Below the pieces are notes generated by a model that was given only the letters and a program-made list of their open reading frames with translations, searched no databases and was not told the DNA's origin. A stretch of 64,000 nt of DNA from an uncultured Acidobacteriaceae bacterium (lineage in GTDB: Bacteria; Acidobacteriota; Terriglobia; Terriglobales; Acidobacteriaceae): NCBI GenBank assembly GCA_963843655.1, contig CAWJLD010000006.1, positions 83,255 through 147,254 on the forward strand. Reading direction: 5' to 3'. Position numbers and translations under genes: made by a program. How positions within the stretch are numbered: the first letter of the stretch is position 1; every line of letters starts with the position of its first letter. This document shows positions 10,094 through 20,827 of this stretch, piece by piece.

Positions 10094-11329
10094 ATGCAAA
10101 TTTGCCTCATTTCTCCTGGACATTTGTCAACAAATCCGCGGCTTGTGAAAGAGGCGCGAGCACTGCGATCGGTAGGTCACAAAGTACATGTGATCTATGG
10201 CCGCTACAAACCTTGGGGCACGGCGAATGATGAACTGATTGCAGATGAATTAGGGACTGTAACAGCCGTTCCTTTCGGCCCAACGGAAGCCCCACGACCA
10301 ATCTATCTCCGCCAGAGCGTTTACCGGCACGCCGCACGCATTTCCGTCGGGCTTGGGTTCAAACCCCAAAGTGTCATCGAAGCTGCACACGGCCCGGTAG
10401 TTCGGGATCTTATTAAGGCCGCTCTTAAAGTACGCGCTGATCTTTACATCGCCCACTACGTCGCAGCATTGCCGGCGGCAGCGCGGGCTGCTACTCGTTA
10501 CAGCGCCGCGTTCGCCTTCGATGCAGAAGATTTTCATCTAGGCGATCTGCCTGACGCGCCTCAGCACACGCTGGAGAAACAGATTATTCGCGCGATTGAG
10601 TCTCACTACCAACCTGGAACTGCTTATATGACAGCTGCTTCTCCACTGATTGCAGAGGCATATGCCGAAACTTACGGAATTTTGATGCCGACCGTGATCC
10701 TGAACGTCTTCCCGAAAGCGAATGCACCGGCGGCGCCGACACCCTGCGGATCAGCAAAGCCAGAACCGAGTGTCTACTGGTTTTCCCAGACCATTGGACC
10801 CGGTCGCGGCCTTGAAACCGCCATCGAAGCCATCGCCAAAGCCAAGAGCGCGCCACATTTGTATCTTCGAGGCATCCCGTCGGCCGGCTATACCGAGCGG
10901 CTACGCAACCTCGCGGCGCAGATAGGTGCGGCCGAGCGCTTGCATTTTCTCGATCCCGCTCCGCCGGACGAGCTTGAACGCTTGGGAGCGCAATTCGACC
11001 TCGGCTACTCTGGCGAAACAGGTTTTTCACCGAATAATCTACGCGCGCTGAGCAATAAACTCTTCAGCTATCTCCTTGGCGGCGTACCGAGTCTGGCAAC
11101 CGATATCCCCGCTCATCGGCAGATCGCTCCAGAGCTTGGCGAAGCCATGCAACTCTTCCCTGTTGGTGACGTGGCCGCATTGGCCGCGGCGATCGATAGC
11201 TTCCTGCTTCATCCTGAGCGACTTGCCGCGGCGCGTGCCCACGCCTGGCATCTTGGCCAGATGCGTTTCAACTGGGATGTTGAGCAGACGCGGCTGACCG
11301 ACATCGTTGGGAAGGCGGTAACTTGCTGA
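10094..11329 (+). CDS. GT-B/GT4-like glycosyltransferase
   Basis: NPRLVKEA, GRGLE, LSNKLFSYLLGGVP; position within the GT cluster. Confidence 0.8.
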   Translation: MQICLISPGHLSTNPRLVKEARALRSVGHKVHVIYGRYKPWGTANDELIADELGTVTAVPFGPTEAPRPIYLRQSVYRHAARISVGLGFKPQSVIEAAHGPVVRDLIKAALKVRADLYIAHYVAALPAAARAATRYSAAFAFDAEDFHLGDLPDAPQHTLEKQIIRAIESHYQPGTAYMTAASPLIAEAYAETYGILMPTVILNVFPKANAPAAPTPCGSAKPEPSVYWFSQTIGPGRGLETAIEAIAKAKSAPHLYLRGIPSAGYTERLRNLAAQIGAAERLHFLDPAPPDELERLGAQFDLGYSGETGFSPNNLRALSNKLFSYLLGGVPSLATDIPAHRQIAPELGEAMQLFPVGDVAALAAAIDSFLLHPERLAAARAHAWHLGQMRFNWDVEQTRLTDIVGKAVTC

Positions 11330-12063
11330 AGCGTACCCTCAAGTCGATTCTCCGATGCACACCTTATCGAGTGATCCGGGCGCGGGACACCAATCGCTTT
11401 CAAGCTATCGAGGAGTGTCTCGTCTCTCTCGTGAAGCGTGGCTTCAATCCGCGACTAATTGTTGACGGGGGCGCGAATATTGGAGATTTCGCAAGACGTG
11501 CCGCCTCGATCTTCCCTCTTGCGACTGTTTATCTAGTAGAGCCGCAGCCCGCTTGTTACGAAGCTCTCAAACAGCTTGCGCAGAATAATCGCTTTCGTTT
11601 GCACGCGGTTGCCTTGGGTGCAGAAGACGCAACCATTGATTTGGCAATTAATCCTGATGGGATTACGACTGGAGCCCATGTCCTGCCTGACGCGAAGCAA
11701 TCAATCGGTTCCGCGTGCAGGCGCGTGCCGGTTGCTCGACTGGATACGCTGCTCGCGCCGGTGATCGTCACCGAAGATCGTTGCCTCCTCAAGCTCGATC
11801 TGCAGGGTTGGGAACTCGAAGCACTGAAAGGTGCGGACGGTATTCTTAACCGGATCGAGGTGATCCTGTCTGAGGTGTCCTTCTTTGCGCAGGCTTATGA
11901 ACCGTCAATAGAAGTGCTGATTCGTTTTCTCAGCGAACGGGGTTTCGCGCTCCATGACATCGCAGCGCTTGCCGCGCGTCGACGTGATAACCGGGCCCAT
12001 CAGGGAGATTTCGTATTCGTTCGCCGCGACAGCGCACTCATGGCGGATACCGCGTGGGGATAA
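11323..12063 (+). CDS. FkbM family methyltransferase
   Basis: VDGGANIG, VEP, LKLDLQGWELEALKG. Confidence 0.9.
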   Translation: MLKRTLKSILRCTPYRVIRARDTNRFQAIEECLVSLVKRGFNPRLIVDGGANIGDFARRAASIFPLATVYLVEPQPACYEALKQLAQNNRFRLHAVALGAEDATIDLAINPDGITTGAHVLPDAKQSIGSACRRVPVARLDTLLAPVIVTEDRCLLKLDLQGWELEALKGADGILNRIEVILSEVSFFAQAYEPSIEVLIRFLSERGFALHDIAALAARRRDNRAHQGDFVFVRRDSALMADTAWG

Positions 12064-13403
12064 GTCCGTCGGTGATAGAACAGCCAACTTCCATGGATGA
12101 TTGCGGAAAGCGATGCCTGATCGTTTCACCACACTTTCCCCCTTCTACGCTGGCCGGCGTGCATCGGGCACGGCACCTTGCTAAACATCTCCCCACGTAT
12201 GGCTGGCAGCCCAAGGTTATATGCATCGACCCAAAGTACCACATTGAAAAGCTCGATCCCGAACTCGCGTCGATGGTTCCGCCGAGTGTTCAAGTCGTTC
12301 GCTCCGGTGCGGTGCCGGCATGGCTGACACGCCCATTCGGAATTGCGGGCGACATTGGATTCCGAGGTTACTTCCATTTGCGTCACGCCGTCGCAAAGGA
12401 AATGATCCGGGCGCGACCAGATGTCGTACTTATCACTGGATCACCCTTCTATCCGATGATGTTGGCAGGATGGATCAGACAACGCTGGAACGTGCCTGTC
12501 GTGCTCGATTTTCAAGATCCCTGGGTATCGCGCGTCGGTGGGCAAGCGCCGCGATGGTCAAAGCGGGGAATTTCGCATCGCTTTGCAGTTACCTTGGAAC
12601 CACATGCGGTTCGGAATGCAGCCTTTATCACTTCGGTATCAAAACAGCAGAATGAGGAAATGGCTGTGCGCTATCCATGGCTCGATCGCACATGCATGGC
12701 TGACATTCCCATCGGCGGCGACCCGGAGGATTTCGACGCGCTACGGGCCGGCATGAAGCGCGATCAATCTGAGACTCATCGCATCACTTTCGCCTATGTG
12801 GGAACGGCGATGCCCCGGTCGGGACCGTTGTTGCGCACTTTATTTCGCGGCCTGGCACGTTTGCGAGCGAACAGCCCCGCATGTGCCGAGCGTTTGCACC
12901 TGCGCTTTGTTGGAACCAGCAATCAACCGAATGACTCAACAACCTATCGTGTTCGTCCATTGGCACAAGCTGAAGGAGTGGCAGATTTCGTGACCGAGGA
13001 GCCGGCGCGCGTGCCGTTTCTCCAAGCTCTAAAGGTCCTCGCCACCGCCGACGTTGTCTTGATGATCGGCTCTGACGAGCCACACTACACGGCGTCAAAG
13101 ATCTATCCAGGGCTGATGTCCGGACGGCCGTTTCTATCCATATTCCATCGTCTAAGCAGTTCTCACGAGAGTCTGACACGCGCAGGAGGAGGTTTGGCAT
13201 TCACCTTTGAGACTCCAGACGAACTGGAGGCACTAGCTCCCGCAATTGCAGAGGGGCTTGAGCGTCTTGCTTCAAATTCTGGCGCATTTGGCAAAGCTAA
13301 TCCGGCAGCATACGCACCATTCACAGCTCGTGCCGTAGCGGGCCATTTCGCGAATGTATTTGAACAAACCCTCGTCTCTAGAGGCAATGGATACAAGCAA
13401 TGA
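12054..13403 (+). CDS. GT4-like glycosyltransferase
   Basis: SPHFPPS..GVHR, VLDFQDPW, SKIYPGLMSGRP; the start may be the internal ATG (MDDCGK). Confidence 0.82.
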   Translation: MGISPSVIEQPTSMDDCGKRCLIVSPHFPPSTLAGVHRARHLAKHLPTYGWQPKVICIDPKYHIEKLDPELASMVPPSVQVVRSGAVPAWLTRPFGIAGDIGFRGYFHLRHAVAKEMIRARPDVVLITGSPFYPMMLAGWIRQRWNVPVVLDFQDPWVSRVGGQAPRWSKRGISHRFAVTLEPHAVRNAAFITSVSKQQNEEMAVRYPWLDRTCMADIPIGGDPEDFDALRAGMKRDQSETHRITFAYVGTAMPRSGPLLRTLFRGLARLRANSPACAERLHLRFVGTSNQPNDSTTYRVRPLAQAEGVADFVTEEPARVPFLQALKVLATADVVLMIGSDEPHYTASKIYPGLMSGRPFLSIFHRLSSSHESLTRAGGGLAFTFETPDELEALAPAIAEGLERLASNSGAFGKANPAAYAPFTARAVAGHFANVFEQTLVSRGNGYKQ

Positions 13404-14155
13404 GTCGGGTGCAAATGTATAACTTTCTCGGATGGAAAGACGCTGCAAGGTGGATATTCGAAGCCGCCGTTGTGTCGCCAATTGGTTACTATAGAGACAA
13501 TTATGGAAACCATGGGTACAACGAGCTCATATATCAACATCTTCTATTGAGGGAACTAAACAAACACAACTTGAAGGATATCTATTCTCCGATCGGCGGC
13601 GCGGCATCCTATTCCCTCCTATATCACATCGTCCGTTCGCTGGCATGCGTACGGCCGTCACAGGTTTTGGAATTAGGCGCAGGGCAATCGTCGCTTCTTT
13701 TGTCTGCATGTAATGGGGTGGTATTTAAAGGAAACGTAATGACAATTGAACAAGACAAAGGATGGGCCGAGGCACTCGCGAGCCGGGTAACCAACGAAGT
13801 TGTTCACGTACCGGCACGATGGACGAAAGTCGGCCTTTCCACAATTGTCAAGTATGAAGGCTTGACATCACTTATTGGAAACCAACAATTCGAAATGGTC
13901 ATTGTTGACGGACCTACCGGGACCAGAACGTTTTCAAGATCGTCGATACTTGACCATCTCGGCAATCTGTCACCAGAGAAATTCATCATCATCTTCGATG
14001 ACATAAACAGGCCCGGTGAAAAACAGGTGGTCAAGAAATTATCCAAAGAGTTGCGAAGGAACTTTGATCACATTTTGCAGCATACGGTGACTTCATCACG
14101 TCACCAGACCATCTTTCTACACAACATTGGCCTCCATGAACTCTATCTTACATAG
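13400..14155 (+). CDS. Class I SAM-dependent methyltransferase-like protein
   Basis: VLELGAGQSS, IEQD, IVDGP, IFDD; visibly more AT-rich than its neighbours. Confidence 0.8.
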   Translation: MSRVQMYNFLGWKDAARWIFEAAVVSPIGYYRDNYGNHGYNELIYQHLLLRELNKHNLKDIYSPIGGAASYSLLYHIVRSLACVRPSQVLELGAGQSSLLLSACNGVVFKGNVMTIEQDKGWAEALASRVTNEVVHVPARWTKVGLSTIVKYEGLTSLIGNQQFEMVIVDGPTGTRTFSRSSILDHLGNLSPEKFIIIFDDINRPGEKQVVKKLSKELRRNFDHILQHTVTSSRHQTIFLHNIGLHELYLT

Positions 14156-14176
14156 CACTCTTGAATTATCTGTTGA

Positions 14177-15352
14177 ATGCCTTCACGCCTTTTAATCGTT
14201 GCTTCCCACCCAGTGCAGTATTATGCGCCGCTATTTCGCGCGTTGGCTGGTCGGCTGGATCTAACTGTCTTCTATGCTCATCGCGCAACGGCAAACGACC
14301 AGTCCAAAGCAGGCTTCGGCGTCGGCTTCGAGTGGGACATCGATCTTTTCTCGGGATACAAGCATGAGTTCCTGCAAAACGTGGCGGCCGACCCTGGTCT
14401 TGACCACTTCACGGGTGTGGATACTCCCGAAATCGGCAGCCGCTTGCGAACGGGTAACTTCGATGCCGTGCTACTCACGGGATGGTTTCGCAAATGCTTT
14501 CTACAAGCGCTTTGGGCAGCAAAACGTCAGCACATCCCGGTTCTTGTCCGCGGCGACTCGCACCTCGACACCCCGCGCGCAGTTTGGAAACGTTGGGCAA
14601 AGGAAGTGGCCTACCCGGTTTTTCTGCGAATGTTCGATGGCGCCTTGATCGTGGGAGAGCGCAATCGGGCTTATTGGCGACACTATCGTTATCCAGAATC
14701 TCGCATGTTCGATTCGCCGCACTGTGTCGACAACGACTGGTTCTCGAGCCGCTCAACCGACGCGGCCAGAGCGAGCCTCCGATCGAAGCTCGGTATCGCT
14801 CCGGAAACCATAGTCATCCTTTTCGCAGGCAAACTCGTAGATTTCAAGAGACCGTTGGATGTGATTGCAGCGGCAAGATTGATGAAGATGCAAGGTATCG
14901 ATATCGCGGTGCTGGTGGCCGGCGCGGGCCCACTGGATCAGGCACTTAAGACGGAAGCGCGCGAAGCTCAGGTTTGCCTGCATGCGCTGGGATTCTGTAA
15001 TCAGAGCGAAATGCCGGGAGTCTACGCAGCGGCAGACGTATTGGTTCTGCCCTCCACTGGGCGGGAGACCTGGGGATTGGTCGTAAATGAAGCACTAGCC
15101 TGCGGTAAGCCAGTCCTAGTATCCGATGCCGTTGGCTGCGCACCGGATATCGCGGCACATGTAGGTCAATGCGCTGTGTTTCCAATGGGAGACATAAGCG
15201 CTCTGGCAACAGGTTTACAGGCAATGATCAGGAACCCTTTCGATCGAGCGCTCATTGCATCGACGGCCCCAGCTTTTTCTATTGATGCGGCATGCTTGGG
15301 TATCGAGAAAGCTGTAAAGAAGCTTTCTAAACGAGAGCAACAGGCACGATGA
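14177..15352 (+). CDS. Glycosyltransferase family 4
   Basis: SHPVQY, FAGKLVDFKRP, ETWGLVVNEALACGKP. Confidence 0.92.
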   Translation: MPSRLLIVASHPVQYYAPLFRALAGRLDLTVFYAHRATANDQSKAGFGVGFEWDIDLFSGYKHEFLQNVAADPGLDHFTGVDTPEIGSRLRTGNFDAVLLTGWFRKCFLQALWAAKRQHIPVLVRGDSHLDTPRAVWKRWAKEVAYPVFLRMFDGALIVGERNRAYWRHYRYPESRMFDSPHCVDNDWFSSRSTDAARASLRSKLGIAPETIVILFAGKLVDFKRPLDVIAAARLMKMQGIDIAVLVAGAGPLDQALKTEAREAQVCLHALGFCNQSEMPGVYAAADVLVLPSTGRETWGLVVNEALACGKPVLVSDAVGCAPDIAAHVGQCAVFPMGDISALATGLQAMIRNPFDRALIASTAPAFSIDAACLGIEKAVKKLSKREQQAR

Positions 15353-16542
15353 GCGAGCAGATACGAGTTCTGGCATTGTTGGGCAGTCGCGTTCTATACG
15401 GGATGGAACGCGCAAACATCCGCGTTTTCGAGGCCCTCAAGTTTGCGGGCTGCAAAGTTTTGGTTGTAGTGGAAGACCATCCAGGCTTTCCGACCATACC
15501 AAACGAATTAACCCGACGGCACATAGACTTTGTCCCTGCGCCATTTGCTGGACGGCGTATCGAAGGCTATCTGCTTCATTTCCTATTCAAAAATCCGATA
15601 TTGTTCCTAGCGGGAAATTGGAAGATATACAAATTGATTCGCGAGTTCTCACCTACCCACATTCATATTCCGAATCCGTTCTATTTTATGAATTGCATGC
15701 TCGCGTTGAATTTCTCGGATGTGCCCGTTGTTTATAGACTAGGCGACAAACCTGCTCTCCATAATCTGTTCTGGCGTTTTCTCTGGCGGCGCATTGTCGC
15801 CCGCGTCAATCATTTCGTGGCAATTTCGAAATTCATTGCCGGTGAATTAGAAAGGCTAGGCGTTCCGCGCGAACGGATTACCGTGATCTACAATGCTCCT
15901 CCTTCACGTATGCACGGTCCCACACCGGACCGCCTCCCGGAGAACCTCCAACACTTTCTTTTCATTGGGCAACTTGGGGCCCACAAGGGAGTCGATCGTC
16001 TTGTCGAAGCTTTTCGTCGAATCGCTCCGATTTATCCGAGAGCGCGCCTGACCATTATCGGCCGAATCTCCGAGTGGCGCGGAGACGATTGGGCGCGGTC
16101 GCTCCGCCATCGAACGATTGCCGATCCCGCACTTGCTGATCGCGTTACATTCACTGGTGAAACCGAAGATATTTTTGCCCACTTGGCGTCGGCCGCAGTT
16201 TTGGCAGTGCCTACAGTCAGCGAAGAGCCGTTATCCAACGTCGTGAGTGAAGCAAAGTCTGCTGCCCGGCCATCCATTGTCTTTCCAAGCGGCGGACTCC
16301 CGGAACTTGTCGAACACGGCGTTGATGGATACATCTGCCGGGACACGTCAGTTGAGGCACTTGCAGAAGGACTCTGCTACTACCTGAACGATTCGGATCG
16401 GACACTGGGGCATGGACGCGCCGCACTCGCATCCGTATCACGCCTCGGAATCGACCGTTTCGCCGAAAGTTGGCTAAATATCTACAAGAATGACCTGACG
16501 AACAAGGACGATATTTCAGAATCACTGAGTATGGCGCGATGA
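15349..16542 (+). CDS. Glycosyltransferase family 4
   Basis: YGMER, FIGQLGAHKG, EEPLSNVVSEAK, GGLPE. Confidence 0.88.
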   Translation: MSEQIRVLALLGSRVLYGMERANIRVFEALKFAGCKVLVVVEDHPGFPTIPNELTRRHIDFVPAPFAGRRIEGYLLHFLFKNPILFLAGNWKIYKLIREFSPTHIHIPNPFYFMNCMLALNFSDVPVVYRLGDKPALHNLFWRFLWRRIVARVNHFVAISKFIAGELERLGVPRERITVIYNAPPSRMHGPTPDRLPENLQHFLFIGQLGAHKGVDRLVEAFRRIAPIYPRARLTIIGRISEWRGDDWARSLRHRTIADPALADRVTFTGETEDIFAHLASAAVLAVPTVSEEPLSNVVSEAKSAARPSIVFPSGGLPELVEHGVDGYICRDTSVEALAEGLCYYLNDSDRTLGHGRAALASVSRLGIDRFAESWLNIYKNDLTNKDDISESLSMAR

Positions 16543-18026
16543 ATGGGTTTCAGTACGTGCATTCAATGAAGATTGGCGCTGCAAGGTCGCGCGCCAATCT
16601 CAGGCTTATCTGGGCCGCGCCACTGCTTCTCCTGCCAATTGCCATGGTAGGACCGAACACGGAGCTTGCCCTTTATGCCTGCTTCGTACTTGGCCTAGGC
16701 ACGTTTCTTCTCTGGCGGCCGGGTGAACCGCCTATCCTTCTTTTGATTTTTATTTATCAGTGGATTCAAGCGGGCATTGGCTTGTTCTACGGAAATCTGC
16801 GGGGACTCTCCTTAAACTCCCTAGTCGATTTTCGAGGACGGGACGATATGGCGGTTTTCCTTATGCTGACGGGACTGCTTGTACTTTCTCTCACTATCCA
16901 CTTTATGGTTGGTCCAGTCATTCGGGGACTCTTTCCGCGCGTACGAGCCTTCGTTGCCACGCGCCCGTTACGATTCTGGCTTCGGCTGTTTGTTGGAGCC
17001 TGGGTCTTTAGTGTAATTTGTGCATCGATTGCGTTGAGGTCCGGCGGCCTGGCGCAGGTGTTTACAAATCTTGCGAATGTCCAATTTCCAGCCTTTCTGC
17101 TTCTCACCCTTGCAACCTTCGCAGTCCCTAACCGATCTAAGATACCCTGGCTCTTAGTGTTTGGTTTCCTATTTGCCATCTCCATCGGTGGCTACTTTGC
17201 AAGTTTCAAAGCTGTCTTCCTATACGCGCTGATCGGCCTCGTAGCAAGTAAAGTGCGCATCAATGTCAGAGCACTCGTGCCCGTCGCGCTTCTCGCATGC
17301 GTTCTAATATTCCTTGGCCTGATATGGACGGCAATCAAAGGTGAATATAGAGCCTTCGCAAACCAAGGCAGCCGACAACAGATAGTTCTAGTATCGTATC
17401 CTGAGCGCGTCGCTGAAATTGCGCGTCTCGTGTCGAATCTCAAGGTGCAGGCTATTCCTGCCGCTGCCGATGATATGATGCAGCGCCTGATGTACTTCAA
17501 GTTTTTTGGCGTGGTGCTAGATCGCGTGCCCAATGTTCTTCCGTATGCGGACGGCGCGATTTGGCTTGATGCGGTGCGGCGTCCCTTTATGCCTCGGCTC
17601 CTATTTCCTAATAAAAGCGCTGTCAACGATTCCGATCTTACCAACCGCTACACCGGGCTTGGAGTTGCTACAGCATCAGAAGGAACTTCAATCAGCATGG
17701 GCTACATGGCTGAGGCCTATATCGATTTTGGTCCAGTTCTTATGTTCCTCCCCATCGCAGGTCTGGGCCTCTTTCTCGGTGCCTTCTACCGTCGGCTTCT
17801 GCTGCAACCTGGATTAGGCGCCGCACTTGGCGCAGCGCTTGCTCCATTTGCATTGATGCCAGCACTCCTTACGGAAAAATCGTCATTGAAGATCGTTCCA
17901 GCACTAGGATTAACGGCTATCGCGTGCTGGCTGGTCCTGAGATTTCTGGCACCACGAATCTTCGGGTTGCCCAGGAAGATTCGCCGACCCAGGAGTGTTC
18001 GGTCGCCACTAGGTGTGAGGACCTGA
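16539..18026 (+). CDS. Polytopic membrane protein, Wzy/O-antigen polymerase- or ligase-like
   Basis: About 11-12 TM segments with a large late loop (WTAIKGEYRAF...MPRLLFPNK...GYMAEAYIDFG); located inside the glycan locus. Confidence 0.65.
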   Translation: MNGFQYVHSMKIGAARSRANLRLIWAAPLLLLPIAMVGPNTELALYACFVLGLGTFLLWRPGEPPILLLIFIYQWIQAGIGLFYGNLRGLSLNSLVDFRGRDDMAVFLMLTGLLVLSLTIHFMVGPVIRGLFPRVRAFVATRPLRFWLRLFVGAWVFSVICASIALRSGGLAQVFTNLANVQFPAFLLLTLATFAVPNRSKIPWLLVFGFLFAISIGGYFASFKAVFLYALIGLVASKVRINVRALVPVALLACVLIFLGLIWTAIKGEYRAFANQGSRQQIVLVSYPERVAEIARLVSNLKVQAIPAAADDMMQRLMYFKFFGVVLDRVPNVLPYADGAIWLDAVRRPFMPRLLFPNKSAVNDSDLTNRYTGLGVATASEGTSISMGYMAEAYIDFGPVLMFLPIAGLGLFLGAFYRRLLLQPGLGAALGAALAPFALMPALLTEKSSLKIVPALGLTAIACWLVLRFLAPRIFGLPRKIRRPRSVRSPLGVRT

Positions 18027-18029
18027 CAA

Positions 18030-19178
18030 TTGCACGCACTGCACCTAATTGCCGGCCTTGATCGTGATCATGGGGGCCCTTCTTATTCAGTGCCGCGTCT
18101 CTGTTCAGCGCTGCGCGATCTCGACGTCGAGACGCATATACACACCGTAAAAGGAATGAATACACCGAGCGATCCATTCATTACGGCACATAAACAGGAT
18201 TTCGCAAGTATCCCGCTATTTCGAGCCTTACGCCTGTCCGCACATTTCGCTCGAGCTGTGCAAACCGAGGCTTTCGCTTCGGATATTGTTCACGCTCACG
18301 GGCTCTGGTTAATGCCCAATGTAAATGCCGGCCGTTTGGCAGCCAAAGCCAAGAAGCCGTTTATAGTTTCCCCTCGCGGCATGCTGTCTCCAGAAGCACT
18401 CGCCTTTTCGGCCCGGAAGAAACGGATCTTTTGGAACTTGCTGCAAGGGCCTGCCTACGCACGTGCAGCTGTTTGGCATGCGACCAGCGAGGCGGAGGCA
18501 ACGACTATCCGCAACTTCGGTATCCGAGCGCCGATTGCCATCATCCCAAACGGAATCGATGTGCCGCACGATGACCGAACCCATGTTCCTTCCAAGGACA
18601 ACCATCATGAAATTCTCTTCCTTGGCCGCCTCCATCCTAAGAAGGGGCTTCCCGATCTTATTACTGCATGGAGCAAGCTCGGGGACAAGCGTCCAGACTG
18701 GACGCTTCGTATCGTCGGTCCGGATGAAGGCGGACATCGAGGTGAACTGGAGAAGCTAGTCTTGGAATTGAAGGTGCCCCGCGTCGTCTTTGACGGTCCC
18801 GTGCATGGAACCAAAAAGGCTCACACCTTGCATGACGCGGACCTCTTCGTCTTGCCAACACAAAATGAGAACTTCGGCATTGCAGTCGCCGAAGCGCTTG
18901 CTTCCGGAATACCCGCCATTGTCACCCACGGCGCTCCTTGGCCCGGCTTGGAAACCGAACGCTGCGGGTGGTGGATTGAACGCGGCATCGAGCCTCTTGT
19001 TTGCGCAATGCAAGAAGCAACAGCTCTAGACGACAAAGACCGTCGCGCGATGGGAAAGCGAGGACGAATGCTAGTAGCTCGAGATTATAACTGGGATAGA
19101 ATCGCGCTGGATATGCGGTCTGTCTACGAATGGGCCACTGGATGGACAGAACGTCCGCCAATGGTCCACCTTGATTGA
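18030..19178 (+). CDS. Glycosyltransferase family 4
   Basis: GGPSYSV, HAHGLW, SPRGML, FLGRLHPKKG, ENFGIAVAEALASGIP. Confidence 0.92.
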   Translation: MHALHLIAGLDRDHGGPSYSVPRLCSALRDLDVETHIHTVKGMNTPSDPFITAHKQDFASIPLFRALRLSAHFARAVQTEAFASDIVHAHGLWLMPNVNAGRLAAKAKKPFIVSPRGMLSPEALAFSARKKRIFWNLLQGPAYARAAVWHATSEAEATTIRNFGIRAPIAIIPNGIDVPHDDRTHVPSKDNHHEILFLGRLHPKKGLPDLITAWSKLGDKRPDWTLRIVGPDEGGHRGELEKLVLELKVPRVVFDGPVHGTKKAHTLHDADLFVLPTQNENFGIAVAEALASGIPAIVTHGAPWPGLETERCGWWIERGIEPLVCAMQEATALDDKDRRAMGKRGRMLVARDYNWDRIALDMRSVYEWATGWTERPPMVHLD

Positions 19179-19839
19179 CGTGGAGCTTGCAAAGGCTTTG
19201 CAGGTCAAGACAGTGAATACAACCAACCGCGAATCCATGCGTAACAGAGACTCTGGATTTTTGGACGAAGAGAAAGTGCTTTCCCACTCGCTAGCCTACA
19301 AGAACCGGCTCAGCTCAAAGAATCGAGCCTTGCGGGTGCTTTGGCAGTTGACATGGACTTTGTTGTACAGATTTTCTCCGACTCAACTGTTTGGTTGGCG
19401 TCGAATGCTTCTTCGCTGTTTCGGTGCAAAGGTAGGTGCAAACGCGCACCCATATCCGCGGTGCAGAATTTGGGCGCCTTGGAATCTGGAGATGGGAATA
19501 GACAGTTGCCTGGCCAATGACGTTGATTGCTATTCGGTAGACAAGGTGAGCCTGGGACGATCGGCTATCGTTTCGCAACAGGCAATGCTCTGCACTGCCA
19601 CCCACGACTACAACGATCCGGAATTCAGGCTCATCACTAGACCCATTTTGATCGGTGCTCACGCCTGGATAGGCGCCCGCGCATTTGTAGGCCCCGGAGT
19701 GACAGTGGGAGATGGCGCCGTAGTGGGCGCGGCGTCTGCCGTCTTTCGGTCTGTAGAGGATTGGACTGTTGTGGGTGGTAATCCTGCACAAGTCCTAAAG
19801 AAGCGTCTGAACAAGGAACAAGTCTCAATCAAGTGCTGA
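19171..19839 (+). CDS. wcaF: WcaF-like hexapeptide-repeat acetyltransferase
   Basis: WRRMLLRCFGAKVG, IWAPWNL, LCTATHDY, VGGNPA; the true start may be downstream. Confidence 0.85.
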   Translation: MIDVELAKALQVKTVNTTNRESMRNRDSGFLDEEKVLSHSLAYKNRLSSKNRALRVLWQLTWTLLYRFSPTQLFGWRRMLLRCFGAKVGANAHPYPRCRIWAPWNLEMGIDSCLANDVDCYSVDKVSLGRSAIVSQQAMLCTATHDYNDPEFRLITRPILIGAHAWIGARAFVGPGVTVGDGAVVGAASAVFRSVEDWTVVGGNPAQVLKKRLNKEQVSIKC

Positions 19840-20801
19840 CAACCGCCAATATCGATACCGCAGAAAGGCGCGCACTTCGCGCTTCTCGAGAAACTCTGCC
19901 GATCACCGTGATCGTCGCGACGAAGAATGAGGGCATGAATATCGAAAAATGCCTCCACAGTCTGATTCCCGCAGTGCGAATTGTTGTGCTGGATTCACTG
20001 AGCACTGACGGTACGCCTGATATTGCAAAGAGAGCAAGCGCGGAAGTTGTCACCTTTAAGTACACAGGTGGATATCCTAAAAAGCGGCAATGGGCACTTA
20101 ACAATTTGGACATTTCTACGCCATGGACAATGCTGATCGACGCGGATGAAGAGGTACCTCCGGCACTGTGGCAGGATATTGAATACGCCTTGAACACGAA
20201 TCAGTATGCCGCTTACCTCATCCGCAAAGAGTTTCATTTCATGGGAAAGAGATTCCGCTTCGGCGGCTTCTCGCATTCAGCAGTGGCGCTTTTCCGTACC
20301 GGGTGCGCACGATTTGAACAGACAGCGGGCAATCTTCCCAACGGCCAGGACATGGAAGTTCACGAGCGACTCATAGTTGATGGTGCCATTGGCCGCCTCA
20401 CCCACTCGCTCTGCCATAACGATTACAAAGACCTTCAAGCATATCTCGATCGCCACAATAAATACTCCACGTGGGAAGCTGGAATTCGCGCGAATTACCT
20501 CAAGAGCGGCACCTGGGGCGAACAAACGATCAAATCATCACCGTTTGGCGACCCGCAGAGCTTCAGGCGATTCATCAAGTCGTTCATCATTCGGTTCCCG
20601 GGTGAACCGTGGCTTTGGTTCATCTATCACTACTTTGTTCGTGGCGGTTTTCTTGAGGGCCGTCGCGGCTTTATCGCTGCCTCAATTCGTAAAGCCTATA
20701 TTGAACAGGTTCACGCCAAGATGTACGAATTGGCCCTACAGGATATCGTTCGCATGTCCGCTGCGAAGCTCTCCGGTAGTAGCCGGGCAAAACGCAGCTA
20801 A
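19833..20801 (+). CDS. Glycosyltransferase family 2
   Basis: TKNE, DSLSTDGT, IDADE, EVHE, RHNKYSTWEA. Confidence 0.9.
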   Translation: MLTTANIDTAERRALRASRETLPITVIVATKNEGMNIEKCLHSLIPAVRIVVLDSLSTDGTPDIAKRASAEVVTFKYTGGYPKKRQWALNNLDISTPWTMLIDADEEVPPALWQDIEYALNTNQYAAYLIRKEFHFMGKRFRFGGFSHSAVALFRTGCARFEQTAGNLPNGQDMEVHERLIVDGAIGRLTHSLCHNDYKDLQAYLDRHNKYSTWEAGIRANYLKSGTWGEQTIKSSPFGDPQSFRRFIKSFIIRFPGEPWLWFIYHYFVRGGFLEGRRGFIAASIRKAYIEQVHAKMYELALQDIVRMSAAKLSGSSRAKRS

Positions 20802-20827
20802 ACGCTCGACCTGAATTATCGGGCGTC

